Origin: an uncultured Alphaproteobacteria bacterium
Lineage (GTDB): Bacteria; Pseudomonadota; Alphaproteobacteria; Rhizobiales; Xanthobacteraceae
Direction: 5' to 3'
Assembly: GCA_963733315.1 (NCBI GenBank)
Contig: CAVTCV010000023.1
Location: 8,035 to 72,034 of the forward strand
DNA length: 64,000 bases
How positions within the stretch are numbered: position 1 is the first letter of the stretch; each line of letters begins with the position of its first letter. This document shows, piece by piece, positions 1 to 10,675 of the stretch. The translations under genes were made by a program, and so were the position numbers. The notes under the pieces were generated by a model. That model was not told the origin of the DNA. It saw only the letters and a program-made list of their open reading frames with translations, and made no database searches.

Positions 1-2
1 AC

Positions 3-215
3 CTCGGTCCCTGCGCCGGATCCTTCCAGGTCTCCTTCGTCCTCGGCGACAAGGCCATGAACGCCGCCCGTCGCGCCAAATTCCCAACAGCCGTAGCCCG
101 GGCCATCGCCACTGCCCCGCACTACGCCGAAGGCACCGGCGTCCGGCTCACCGTAAAAACCCCCAAAGACCTCCCCGCCATCCGCACCCTCGCCGCTATC
201 AAACTCGCTAACTGA
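3..215 (+). CDS. DUF3788-like protein, 3' part (runs off window start)
   Basis: Manual translation LGPCAGSFQVSFVLGDKAM...APHYAEGTGVRLTVKTPKDL...IKLAN*, resembles DUF3788 C-terminus. Confidence 0.6.
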   Translation, partial: LGPCAGSFQVSFVLGDKAMNAARRAKFPTAVARAIATAPHYAEGTGVRLTVKTPKDLPAIRTLAAIKLAN

Positions 216-289
216 GGCCAAAACCGCCGTTTGGGTAGTGGGTTAGTTTGAAAAATCCACAGGTCGCGCCGATCCCGCGAGCGTGGCAT

Positions 290-442
290 CATGACGGTCA
301 TGCGGTAGCGGTATATTTCATGTACTACAACTTCTACCGCGTTCACCAGACGCTAAGGGTGACACCTGCGATGGAAGCTGGACTGACGGATCATGTTTGG
401 GAAATAGATGAACCGGTGGTACTTCTCCGGGATCAACGTTAG
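290..442 (+). pseudogene. IS1-family transposase C-terminal fragment
   Basis: HAVAVYFMYYNFYRVHQTLRVTPAMEAGLTDHVWEI matches the conserved C-terminus of IS1-like DDE transposases; catalytic N-terminal part absent. Confidence 0.75.
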
Positions 443-443
443 A

Positions 444-695
444 TCACCTTTCGTGTCTCATAAAGTCCTCTGGGTGAACCATTGAGCCACCAAACAGGCC
501 ACCATGGCGGCGGTACCCGGCGGTCAGAAGCCCTCCGGTTTTCCATCGGAAGATGAGGCTACTGTCTCCGCTCCGATTGTTGTCAGACATCAAGAAACTT
601 CCGAAGAGCAGGCCCAATATACCGAGGAAAAAGATAATCGCGCCGCACAACTTAAAAAATAAGCTAAGTGACGACTTAATTGGATCACTTGGCAT
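444..695 (-). CDS. Small putative membrane protein (IS passenger)
   Basis: 83-aa ORF with hydrophobic segment LCGAIIFFLGILGLLFGSFL. Confidence 0.35.
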   Translation of the reverse strand: MPSDPIKSSLSLFFKLCGAIIFFLGILGLLFGSFLMSDNNRSGDSSLIFRWKTGGLLTAGYRRHGGLFGGSMVHPEDFMRHER

Positions 696-1539
696 AAGCC
701 TCCGGAGTCGCGGGTATTTACGCTTGTCGGACTGATAGTTAGCCTCTAAATCAGGTCCCTAACTGCTTCGCAAATCGATCAACGTGCGTGGGTGGGACCG
801 TCGAACGTTTGCATTTGCGTTTCCTGAGAGCGTCTCGGGCGTCGCTCAGGTAATCAGTGCCCCCGGTGATTGCCCCTGTGGAGGACTGCGAGATAGCTGG
901 ATGTTGTCCCTGATGAGTAACCGTTCATTTTCGAAATAACGGCAAGACGCCTGCATTGCGTGTTAGGGCTCTACGCGAATTGAGATGCAAGCGAAGATGT
1001 TATTGAGCGACTGCTTCCCACTTCCGGTATCAGAAGGATTACTCTATCGTGACACTCAGCCGGCTGAGTTCAATTCGATGAGTCCCACGATTCCAGGGGA
1101 CACTGTCGTAAAAATAAATCGCGGCGAGACAGGAGACGGCTCATTTTCGGAATCATCGACTATGATGATGTTCTCGGCGGACATCACTGGAATGTAAGAT
1201 CGGTTAGTACCCTTAGGCCATATCGGGCTAGCATTGGCCACGTCACCAATACAATACTCACTGACAGCGATCTAAAAGCAACACGCACCCGAACGCCCTG
1301 TTCACGGTGTCTCCGTGTTTGAGCCTTTGCAATCCATTCTCCAATCCAACGACTTTCATCCCATCAACCCCCAAACTGACCCACTACCGCAGTTTGTGGA
1401 AAACTTGTCAAGCTTTTCCCGCACGGTACGAAAGTGTTGTCCCTCATTCCACACCACTTCCACCACAATGTCCTCAAAGAATTTTGGCCGAGATTTAGAG
1501 CTGGATTTGGTATTCTGATAATAGAGGGTAAGAAAAGAA

Positions 1540-1566
1540 AAAAGGCCGCGCTTGCCGCGGCCTTTT
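1540..1566. terminator. Bidirectional rho-independent terminator
   Basis: AAAAGGCCGCG-cttgc-CGCGGCCTTTT hairpin with A-run before and T-run after. Confidence 0.65.
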
Positions 1567-2349
1567 CCTTTGTCCGGAGACCGATATCGAATGCCTCTTC
1601 AGCTCCTTTCACTTCCCATCCGCCGCGCCGCCCGGGGACGCCATCGACCGAGTCTCGCTGGCTCGCCCGCGTATCCGGTCACCCGGGTCTCAACGCAGAA
1701 CGCCATTCCAAAGTCGCCAATATCCAGGTTGTTAACTCCGGGGAGTACCATGGTGACCCCTCCCGAACCTCTGTGGAATCAGCAACCATCCCGCACTCCC
1801 ACCCCAGGGGGGAGGGGGGTACCCATTATCAAAGAAGATAACTCCAGTCGAAGCCCGGCTCCTTCGCCGAAGCAAATCGCCCGGAGTTCCCCGAGCGCCT
1901 ATCGGCTGCAGTCTACCGGCCAGACGCTGCCGGCTCCCCGCTCCCGGCTGCCTTTCTGCTAACTCAAAGGTTTCACGCTCAGTTGTTTGGTTGTGAGCCG
2001 TTCTCGCCTTCATCCGCAAGACCGTCCTCCCGTAATCTTCCCCAGCCCTCTCAGCGTGATGGTCGTGTGTCCTCGTTGGACCAGGCCAGGCTGCCGCGCC
2101 CCAGGCTCATGCCGGAGCGCATCCCAGCCGAAACAATGAGTGTGGGTCAAATCCTGAATCGGCGCCTCGTTTGCGCCTCCCTGGTTTTCCTGCATAGAAA
2201 AATAAAAGGTTCCCGCCGCAGCTCTGCCCAAAGCCGAGCCGCCCCAGGAACACAGCAACTCCGGCCACTTCGCTGGATCCCTGGATGAAAAATCCGGTTG
2301 CAAATCGGCCCCAGAGGGAATCCCGAACGCCGCCCGAGCAAGGAACGAA

Positions 2350-3478
2350 TTGAAACTCTTCTCTGAACTCAACCTTTCGCCGGCTCTGCAACAGCAGATT
2401 GCCGCCGCCAACTTCATCACCCCCACCCCGGTCCAGGCCGGAGCGATCCCGCCGGCCATGGAAGGCCGCGACGTAATCGCCACCGCCCAAACCGGCACCG
2501 GCAAAACCCTCAGCTTCCTCATCCCGCTCGTCGAGCGCATGCCGAAAGCTGCCAAAGGCGCGACCGCGCTCGTCCTCCTGCCCACGCGAGAACTCGCCAT
2601 GCAGGTCCTCGAGCACTACCGCCACCTCACCCAGAGCAAAGGCACCGCGGCGCTGGTCTGCGGCGGCCTCGCCGAAGGCCCGCAACTCGAAGCCATCCGT
2701 CGCGGTGCGCGCCTCATCGTCGCCACGCCCGGCCGCCTCGAAGACTACCTCGACCGCAGGCTCATCAACCTCAGCGGCATCAAGATTCTCGTCCTCGACG
2801 AAGTCGACCGCATGCTCGACATGGGCTTCAAGCCCGCCATTCGCCGCATCGCCGCCGCTCCTGCCCGCCGATCGCCAGACCCTCTGCTACTCGGCCACGC
2901 TGAGTCCGGAAATCCGCGACGTGCCCGCGACTACCTCAAAAATCCTGTGCGCGTCGAAATCGGTTCGGTGCTCAAGCCCTCACCCAACGTCGAGCTGCAA
3001 TCCTTCGAAGTCCGCACGGACAAGAAGCAGGAGCTCCTCGAGCACCTGCTCGGCTCGAGCGAGCGGCAGCTTCCTCGTCTTCGTGCGCACCAAGCACGGC
3101 GCCGATCGCGTCGCCCGCCGCCTCGTCCGCTCCGGCCACTCCGCCACGCAGATTCACGGCGACCGCTCGCAGTCGCAGCGCAACGCCGCCCTGGCCAGCT
3201 TTGCGAAGGACGTCATCGCATCCTCGTCGCCACCGACGTCGCCGCCCGCGGCATCGATGTCGCCAACATCGCGCATGTCGTGAACTTCGACATGCCGCAA
3301 GAAGCTCGAAGACTTCGTCCATCGCGTCGGCCGCACCGGCCGCGCCTCGGCCCGTGGAGTCGCCTCCACCTTCGCCGCGCCCGACGAAACCCACGCCCTG
3401 CGCAAAATGGAGCGGACCCTCGCCATCACCACGAAGAAGTTCCGCGTCCGTCCCAGAACCGCGAGAGCGAGCGCCTGA
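2350..3478 (+). CDS. DEAD-box ATP-dependent RNA helicase (frameshifted)
   Basis: Q-motif [36 protein letters not shown] and HRVGRTGR motifs spread across frames. Confidence 0.9.
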
Positions 3479-3536
3479 TCGCCCGCTCTTCATTCCCAAC
3501 AACTCGATGAACAATTAGGATGGAGGGCACGATCCG

Positions 3537-4132
3537 ATGCCCTCCACCTTCTCTCGCCTCCTCTGCCTGATTCCGCTGCTGTGTCTGGCGTCTTCTCTCC
3601 ACGCCCAGGCCGACAAATACTCGCTCTACCAGCTCTCCGGCAACTACAGCTGGCTCTCCAACTCCATTGACGGAGTCCCCGGCGCCCACCAGCCGCTCAA
3701 CGGATGGGAAGCGGCTTTTGCCGCCCTGCGCTGGCACGGCCTCCGCTTCAAGCTCGATGTATCGGGCTATCAGGGAACCAACCAGGGAGCGCCCAGCATC
3801 CCGTCTTCATCATGGCCGGCGGCCAGTCCGACCGCCTCTTCGGCCGGGAAACCGGCTTCGTCGAAGGTCTGTTCGGCACCGGCAGCATGAACAGAAATTG
3901 GTTGCCGAACCAGGTCCCGGGCCAGACCGCCTCGTTCTCCGCCATCGCTGGCGGCGGTCTCGACACGCGCCTTTCAAAACGCTTCGCTTTCCGCGCCCAG
4001 GCGGACTTTCGAATACGCCAACTTCAACCCTGGTCTTGTACTTGGACCACGACCATCACCTACATCGAGGAATTTCACGGCCTGCCCAACTATTTCGCCA
4101 AGGTCTCCACCGGACTCGTCTGGAATTTCTGA
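3537..4132 (+). CDS. Secreted/outer-membrane beta-barrel protein (frameshifted)
   Basis: Signal peptide, GGGLD strand motif, C-terminal STGLVWNF ending in Phe. Confidence 0.6.
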
Positions 4133-4135
4133 AAA

Positions 4136-4786
4136 TCACTTTCGCCCCGCGCGCTTTTGCGCCACCACCAGACCCCGCGGCGTCGGCAGCAACACCACAG
4201 ACAGCAGCCCCTCGGCCTCCAGCCGCAGCGCCGCCTCGCGAATCGGCCCCGAGTGCGAGCTGGCGTCATGCATCAGACACCAACCCGTCGGGCCCGATCT
4301 GCGGCAGAAATCGCCGCACCTCCTGCTCGCGGATCGTGCAACTCGCTGTCGCTGAAGAACAGATCGATCGTCCCGCTCACCTCCATCTCCAGGCTCGACT
4401 CATTGCGCAGATCGATCCATTCCGCGAACTCCGAAGCCGCGACCTTCTCCTGCGCCTTCGCAAAAACCTTAGGGTCGAACTCGCAGCTCACGATCCTGCC
4501 AAATCCGTTCCGCTTCAGCCCCTCGCGCCATCCACACCGTGCTGGCGCCCGAGGAACGCCCCCGTCTCCACAATCAGGCTCGGCTTGACGGTCGTCACCA
4601 GCGTGGCCAGAAATTCCAGCACCTCGACCTCGGCCGTCATCGAGTCGTACATGCTCCAGTGCTCCGGATGCGGACACTCCGGCGTCGCGCGATGATACTC
4701 CGGCAGCATCGCGCCCGCCGCCCGCTCCGCCTGCAGCATCACCTTGTGTTCCTGCTTCAGTTTCTTTTTGAAAAGCCCCAAGGCAT
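4136..4786 (-). CDS. Class I SAM-dependent methyltransferase (frameshifted)
   Basis: KPSLIVETGAFLG, IVSCEFD, IDLFFSDS, LMHD motifs across ORFs 4515..4781 and 4273..4845. Confidence 0.75.
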
Positions 4787-4830
4787 CTCCTCAAACCGAA
4801 CTTCGATTGTAGAGTCTCCGCCCTGAGTTT

Positions 4831-4895
4831 CTGGTCACTGGTCACTGGTCACTGATCCACTGCCCCCTGTTCCCTGCACCCTGTACCCTGTATTC
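4831..4895. repeat. Tandem heptamer array
   Basis: CTGGTCA x3, then CTGATCCA CTGCCCC CTGTTCC CTGCACC CTGTACC CTGTATT directly before the hom ATG. Confidence 0.8.
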
Positions 4896-6129
4896 ATGAA
4901 AGTCGCCCTCCTGGGATTCGGCACCGTGGGCAGCTCCGTCGCACGCATTCTCTGCGACCTCAAGCCCGACGGCCTCGAGCTCTCGCATGTCTTCAATCGC
5001 GGCGTAGCCCGCAAAAAAGCCGACTGGGTCCCCTCCACAGTTGTCTGGACCGAGGACTTCGACCAGGTTCTCCGCTCCGATGTCGATGTCATCGTCGAGC
5101 TGGTCGGCGGCCTCGAACCCGCCGGCTCCTGGGTTCGCCGCGCCCTCGAAGCCGGAAAATCCGCTGTTACCGGCAACAAGAAACTCATCGCGAAACACGG
5201 CATCGAGCTCGACCGCCTCGCCCGCTCCAAAGGCGCGCATCTGCTCTACGGTGCCGCCGTCGCCGGAGGCATCCCCGTCATTCCCGGCCTGCAGCAAGGA
5301 TTGGCCGGCGATCGCATCACCCGCATAGAAGCCATCCTCAACGGCACCTGCAACTACATTCTCAGCCGCATGGAAGCAGGCGCCGCCTTCGCCGACGTTC
5401 TCGATGACGCGCAGAAGCTCGGCTATGCCGAAGCCGATCCCAGCGAAGACGTCGACGGCTACGACGCTCGCGCCAAACTGGTCATCCTCTCGCGCATCGC
5501 GCTCCGTGCCGGCATTGACGTGGAATCCGTCGCCTGCCGCTCCATCGCCGACGTCGATGCTGTCGACCTCGTCTACGCGCACGACCTGAACTGCACCATC
5601 CGCCAGATTTCCAAAGCCGAACTCCGCCCTGACGGGGTCGCCGCCGCCGTCGGCCCCATGCTGGTGCCCGTTGCGCTCGCCTTTCGCCTGGTCGCGCAGC
5701 ACGGAAAACATGGTCCTCGTCAGCGGCCAGTATGGCGGCGACGTGGTCTTCTCCGGCCACGGAGCAGGCGGCAATCCCACCGCCGTCGCCGTCGTCTCCG
5801 ATCTCATCGCCCTCGCGCACGGCTCGCGCGCCGCCGACCTGCCCAGCCGCGCCGCGCTTCTCAGCGGCGAGTTCGAGCTGCGCCATTACATTCGCTTCGT
5901 CGTGAAGGACCGCCCCGGCATCGTCGCCGAAATCGCCGGCGCCCTCGCCTCGGAAAAGATCAACATCGACGCCCTCTTCCAGCGCCCCGGCTACGAGAAA
6001 GGCAATCTGCCCTTCGTCGTCACCGTCGAACCCTGCGCTGCCTCCGCTTTGCGCCGCGCCCTCGATCGCGTCGGTCACGCCGGCTGGCTCGCCCAGCCGC
6101 CGCTGGACATGCCCATCCTGGGAGAGTGA
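4896..6129 (+). CDS. hom: Homoserine dehydrogenase with ACT domain (frameshift near 5670)
   Basis: GFGTVG Rossmann motif, AGGIP, LNGTCNYIL, GYAEADPSEDVDGYDA; GAGGNPTA and DRPGIVA ACT motif in ORF 5671..6129. Confidence 0.92.
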
Positions 6130-6143
6130 AGGACGCCGTGCCG

Positions 6144-7112
6144 ATGTCCTCGACCATCATCGCCGCCCTCACCACCCTGCTCACCGTCGCCGGATTCGCC
6201 TACTACCTCATCGCCCTTTGGAGCGCCCGCGCCTTCCTGCGCCGCCCGCGCTTCCCTGCCTCCGACTTTGCCCCGCCCGTCAGCATTCTCAAGCCAATCT
6301 ATGGCGTCGATCCCGGCATGGACGAAGCCTTCGCCAGCCACTGCCGCCAAAACTACTCCGGCGCATACGAGATCCTCTTCGGCGTCTCCTCGCTCGACGA
6401 TCCTGCCTGCGCCATCGTCCGCCAGCTTCAGGCCGATTTCCCCGACAGCAAAATCCAGCTCATCCTTTGTCCCGAAGTTCTCGGCCCCAACGGCAAAGTC
6501 AGCAACCTCGCCCAGCTCGTGCAGCACGCACGCCACGACTACCTCATCATCAACGACGCCGACATCCGCGTCGGGCCGCACTACCTCGCGCAGATCCTTG
6601 CGCTCTTTGCCTACCCCATCGGTCACAAGCGGGTCGGCCTCGTCACCGCCCTCTATCGCGGCATCACCCATCGGACCCTCGGCTCGAAGATGGAAGCTCT
6701 CGGCATCGCTACGGACTTCGCTCCCGGCGTCCTCACCGCGCGCCTCCTTGATCGCGGTCTTCACTTCGGCCTCGGTTCCACGCTCGCCGTCTGGCGTCCC
6801 GCACTCGATAGCATCGGCGGCCTCGTCCCCCTCACCGAATATCTCGCTGACGATTACGAACTCGGCGCGCGCATCGCCGCCGCCGGTTTCCGCGTCGAGC
6901 TCAGCGACGAAATCGTCGAGACCTCCGTGCACCCCTGGAGCTTCTCCGGCTACCTTCATCACCAGCTGCGCTGGGCGCGCACCATGCGCGAGGCGCGCCG
7001 CGGCTATGCAGGCCTGGTCTTTTCCTACGGACTCGCCTGGGCCTTCCTTAACCTCATCGCGTCGGGACTCAGCCTTCCCGCCTTCGCCCTCTTTACGCTC
7101 GCCCTGCTCTCC
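6144..7112 (+). CDS. hpnI: Hopanoid biosynthesis GT2 glycosyltransferase HpnI-like, truncated at junction
   Basis: SILKP, GPNGKVSNL, DAD, LADDYELG, HQLRWART motifs; C-terminal TM region cut at about 7112. Confidence 0.8.
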
Positions 7113-7199
7113 ATGTATGTGGCGGATTTTGTTGAAAAATGGCGCGGTCTATCGAGATTGATCGCGCCGCAGCCATCAAACGGGTGACGGGTGATAGCA

Positions 7200-8010
7200 A
7201 TGTTGGAAACTGACAAGGTGTTCGCTGGCTCGATTTCGGAAAACTACGACCGCTATATGGTGCCGTTGATTTTCCAGCCGTACGCCGGGATATTGCACGA
7301 CGCGCAGCGGCCTTGTCGCCGAGCGCCATTTTGGAAACCGCCGCGGGCACCGGGGTTGTCACCCGCGCATTGGCGCCAAAACTGTCCCCCGGCGCAAGCT
7401 ATATCGTAACCGACCTCAACCAGCCGATGCTCGACTACGCCGCTTCGCGGCAAGCTCTCGACAGTCGCATCAAATGGCGCCAAGCGGATGCTCTGGCGCT
7501 ACCGTTTGAAAATGCGGCCTTCGATCTCGTTTGTTGTCAGTTCGGCGCGATGTTCTTTCCCGACCGCTCATCTGCCTACCGCGAAGCAAAGCGAGTCCTA
7601 AAGCCCGGAGGACGTTTTTTATTCAACGTATGGGATCGCATCGAGGAGAATGTATTTGCGGATGATGTGACGAATGCTCTCGCAAAGATTTTTCCGAACG
7701 ATCCGCCGCGCTTTCTGGCACGCACGCCGCACGGCTACCACGATACGGCACTGATCCGTAGCGAGCTGGAGGAGCAGGTTTCTCCCGCGTGGTGATCGAG
7801 ACGAGAGCCGAACAAAGCCGTGCATCCTCGCCGCGCCTTCCTGCCGTCGCCTATTGTCAGGGAACTCTTCTTCGCAACGAAATCGAGGCCAGAGACGCGG
7901 GAAAACTGGAAGCTGCAACCGACTACGCCGCATCCGCGATTGCAGACAGACATGGCAGCGGCGAGGTTGCTGCCAAAATTCAGGCACACGTAATCATGGC
8001 TGTCGTCTAA
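7200..8010 (+). CDS. Class I SAM-dependent methyltransferase, UbiE-like (two frameshifts)
   Basis: FAGSISENYDRY, LETAAGTG, ADALALPF, FDLVCCQFGAMFF, VLKPGG in ORFs 7191/7313/7789. Confidence 0.85.
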
Positions 8011-8018
8011 ATGTTGGG

Positions 8019-8145
8019 ATATCCCCTTCTGGCACTTAGCGTCGTTCGCCGCGTCGCTCCATTTATGGTCACTCTTGGAGTAACAGCAGACAAAGGTTGG
8101 CCCGGAGGCTGAACGGGTACGCAGCGATTGACCCACCGCGGACGT
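8019..8145 (+). repeat. Inter-cassette repeat R1 (three ~28-bp dyad units)
   Basis: ATATCCCCTTC-TGGCAC-TTAGCGTCGTT; ATGGTCACTCT-TGGAGTA-ACAGCAGACAA; TACGCAGCGAT-TGACCC-ACCGCGGACGT; aligns with R2 and R3. Confidence 0.85.
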
Positions 8146-8165
8146 CGACCAATCGCTACAGTCCA

Positions 8166-8678
8166 TTAGCTAACTTTCTTACTTTTCGACGACTTATGAT
8201 GCGGCATTAATAGTGCAAATGCGGTGATAACGGCTGATAGCAAATATGCCGAGTAAGCGGCAAAAGGCAGATACAGGCCACCGCCCCAATGAACAATCAA
8301 ACTCACACCTCCCGCCGCTGCAAGGAGATAGAAGGACGCGGCCAGCACGGGTACGCGTATGGGTAAACCTTCGTGCTTACGAAGCTCGTTGACGATGACA
8401 GCTCCGGGCAGAAAACACGCGGATATCAGATTGAAGACGATCAATTCGACGCCAAGTAAAGTGACGTCCTGTGGCAAAAGAACGAAATTTGAACCGATCA
8501 TGATGGTGATCATGCTCAATGTAGAATTTCGAGCGCGCAATCGCCAATGTAGCGACGACAATATTTGATCTGCGCGAACCGCTGTTGCGACGATTATGAG
8601 ACCAGCGAGCACCGCGCCGCCGCTGGCAAGGATGGCATATGCTTCATGCCAGTCTTTCGGCTGATACATGGTTTCCAA
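8166..8678 (-). CDS. Hypothetical multi-pass membrane protein
   Basis: 170-aa ORF with about 5 hydrophobic helices; GAGG RBS upstream. Confidence 0.65.
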   Translation of the reverse strand: METMYQPKDWHEAYAILASGGAVLAGLIIVATAVRADQILSSLHWRLRARNSTLSMITIMIGSNFVLLPQDVTLLGVELIVFNLISACFLPGAVIVNELRKHEGLPIRVPVLAASFYLLAAAGGVSLIVHWGGGLYLPFAAYSAYLLSAVITAFALLMPHHKSSKSKKVS

Positions 8679-8734
8679 AAGAGGAAATCCTTTAAGTGTT
8701 ATCTGCGTGCGCCGGCGAAAGACCGTGTTGCTGC

Positions 8735-9232
8735 TCAGGCTGTATATGAGAGGGCGATATAGGTCACCCCACCGTTGACGAAAGTACCGAGTTCTCGCAT
8801 GCCCATTTTATGGTGCGCTCGGAGCGACGTACCATTATCGGCCCGTACGAATGTCATGGCCGAGCGCCCCCGCATGTGGCTCTGCAATTCTTTGAACAGC
8901 GCGCCCGCGAGGCCTTTTCCACGCTCGGTCTCGGCAACGCAAACCGGGCCATATAGATAGCATCCCGGCGGTGCCGGGAAGGTGCGCAACAAAGCCTGGA
9001 TGATTGCTATGTGTGCTTTCGCGGCCAGTGACGTCCCCAACACGTAGCCGACAACCTTGCCATCGCGACGCCCGACTACAACCGACTTTTCGAGTACCGC
9101 GCGCTTGAACCAGTCCGCAGTCTGCCGCACCGACAAACTGCCGCCGCTGTCGGGCAGGTTTGGTTCCTGAACCGCGAGGATGCCGGGAATATCATCCGGC
9201 GCGGCGAGAGATATTTCGTAGCCAGTACTCAT
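8735..9232 (-). CDS. GNAT family N-acetyltransferase
   Basis: VCVAETERGKGLAG acetyl-CoA motif, DNGTSLRAHHKMG. Confidence 0.85.
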   Translation of the reverse strand: MSTGYEISLAAPDDIPGILAVQEPNLPDSGGSLSVRQTADWFKRAVLEKSVVVGRRDGKVVGYVLGTSLAAKAHIAIIQALLRTFPAPPGCYLYGPVCVAETERGKGLAGALFKELQSHMRGRSAMTFVRADNGTSLRAHHKMGMRELGTFVNGGVTYIALSYTA

Positions 9233-9316
9233 TCGATGAGAGCGCCGAGTTCATAGTGGAGCGGCAGATTACCATCGGCGTAGGCAGCGTCGCAATTGTC
9301 AGAGGTCGCCGGCCGA

Positions 9317-9442
9317 ATGTCGCTTATTGGCACAACGCTGCGTTCGCTGCGCCGCAAAATCTAGGACGCTATCGGACTAACAGCGGACAAAGGGCCGCCC
9401 GGAGGCCGAACAACTCCGCAGCGAATGACCCATATGAGACAT
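9317..9442 (+). repeat. Inter-cassette repeat R2
   Basis: ATGTCGCTTAT-TGGCAC-AACGCTGCGTT; TAGGACGCTAT-CGGACTA-ACAGCGGACAA; TCCGCAGCGAA-TGACCC-ATATGAGACAT. Confidence 0.85.
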
Positions 9443-9625
9443 GCCCTGCTCAGAATTGCTGCGCCGCAAATTAGCTAAGCTTTCAATCCTGTTTCGCAGA
9501 TCGCAATTTCCTGATTTGATTTAAGCTCTGGCGTGGTCCAAGCCTTAGACCTAAGGCAATGCGACGACGCGATTTTCTAAAATGATTTTTTGGTTGAACG
9601 GCACGTGGTCCGAAATGGTTGTTTC

Positions 9626-10675
9626 ATGACGAGATCGGCCGTTGCGCAAATCGATTCGGGTCGAAGTTGTGGCGGATTGATTTCACGCCTTGCTTATGCG
9701 CGCGCCAAGCAGGAGGGCGCGGACGCTGGCGGCTTAGCGCAGCAAGCCGGCCTTACTGTTGCTGACATCGAAGCGAAAAATGTCCGGCTAAGTGTTGCCG
9801 GTCAAATTAAATTCGTCGATCTCGTCGCCAACGCGATTGTAGATCCCGATTTTGGATTTCATCTTGCCAAGGATTTTGATCTGCGTTCATTGGAATACCT
9901 ATACTACGTCACCGCTTCGGCCGACACGCTGGGGAACGCGCTGCTACGCCTTGAGCGCTATTCCGGCCTTGTGAATGAAGGCGTCATGGTGCGTGTGAAG
10001 AAAGGAAAGTCCATTCGAATCGGCTTCCAGTACACTGGCGTGGCCCGACACGCGGACCGGCATCAGATCGAGTTCTGGATCACTGCGGCCATTCGTCTTT
10101 GCCGCCACCTGGTCAATCGCGACCTTAAACTCATTCACGTGCGAATCGCACACCATAGAAGATTTGAAAAAAGCGATTTCGAGAGATTTGTGGGCGTCAC
10201 GATCGAAGCCGGTGCCGGCATCGACCAGATCGGGTTTCCTGCGGCGAGCTGGGGCCTCCCAATCGTAACCACCGACCATCACCTGCACGATGTTCTGGTA
10301 CAATACTGCGAGGACGCCCTCGCGCGCCGCAAGATGAAGGCCAGTTCCCTCAGGGAGCGTGTGGAAGAAGCAGCCGCGGAGCTGCTGCCACACGGACAGG
10401 CCCATTCCAACATTATCGCAGCAAGGCTCGGCATGAGTTCGCGAACGCTGGCGCGGCGATTGACGGCCGAGGGATTGTCGTTTGCCAACATTCTGCGCGA
10501 GCTGCGATTGGGCCTGGCGCATCGCTATCTTGAAGACCATGACCTGCCGATCTCGCAGATCGCCTGGTTGCTCGGTTATACGGAAATCGGCGCATTTACC
10601 CATGCGTTCCGGCGCTGGACCGGAACAACGCCCACCCTCATGCGGGGGCAATCTGCCGAGCGTCCTAGCACATAG
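9626..10675 (+). CDS. AraC family transcriptional regulator
   Basis: N-terminal ligand domain (DPDFGFHLA) and C-terminal double HTH (LGMSSRTLARRL, IAWLLGYTEIGAFTHAFRRWTG). Confidence 0.9.
   Translation: MTRSAVAQIDSGRSCGGLISRLAYARAKQEGADAGGLAQQAGLTVADIEAKNVRLSVAGQIKFVDLVANAIVDPDFGFHLAKDFDLRSLEYLYYVTASADTLGNALLRLERYSGLVNEGVMVRVKKGKSIRIGFQYTGVARHADRHQIEFWITAAIRLCRHLVNRDLKLIHVRIAHHRRFEKSDFERFVGVTIEAGAGIDQIGFPAASWGLPIVTTDHHLHDVLVQYCEDALARRKMKASSLRERVEEAAAELLPHGQAHSNIIAARLGMSSRTLARRLTAEGLSFANILRELRLGLAHRYLEDHDLPISQIAWLLGYTEIGAFTHAFRRWTGTTPTLMRGQSAERPST

Larger units (their letters stand above)
234..1388. mobile_element. Internally deleted (non-autonomous) IS1-family element
   Basis: 17-bp terminal inverted repeats GGTAGTGGGTTAGTTTG (234-250) and CAAACTGACCCACTACC (1372-1388), 1 mismatch; flanking 8-bp direct repeats GCCGTTTG/GCAGTTTG; transposase fragment inside; lower GC than flanks. 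Confidence 0.8.

Noticed and set aside
1795-1825. G-rich ACCCCAGGGGGGAGGGGGGTACCC as a G-quadruplex or regulatory site
   Set aside because: Only two G-runs and a single copy in the window; no support for function.
4896-7187. Apparent 763-aa Hom-HpnI fusion ORF
   Set aside because: Artefact of the hom frameshift near 5670 reading through into hpnI; the real hom C-terminus is in another frame and stops at 6129.
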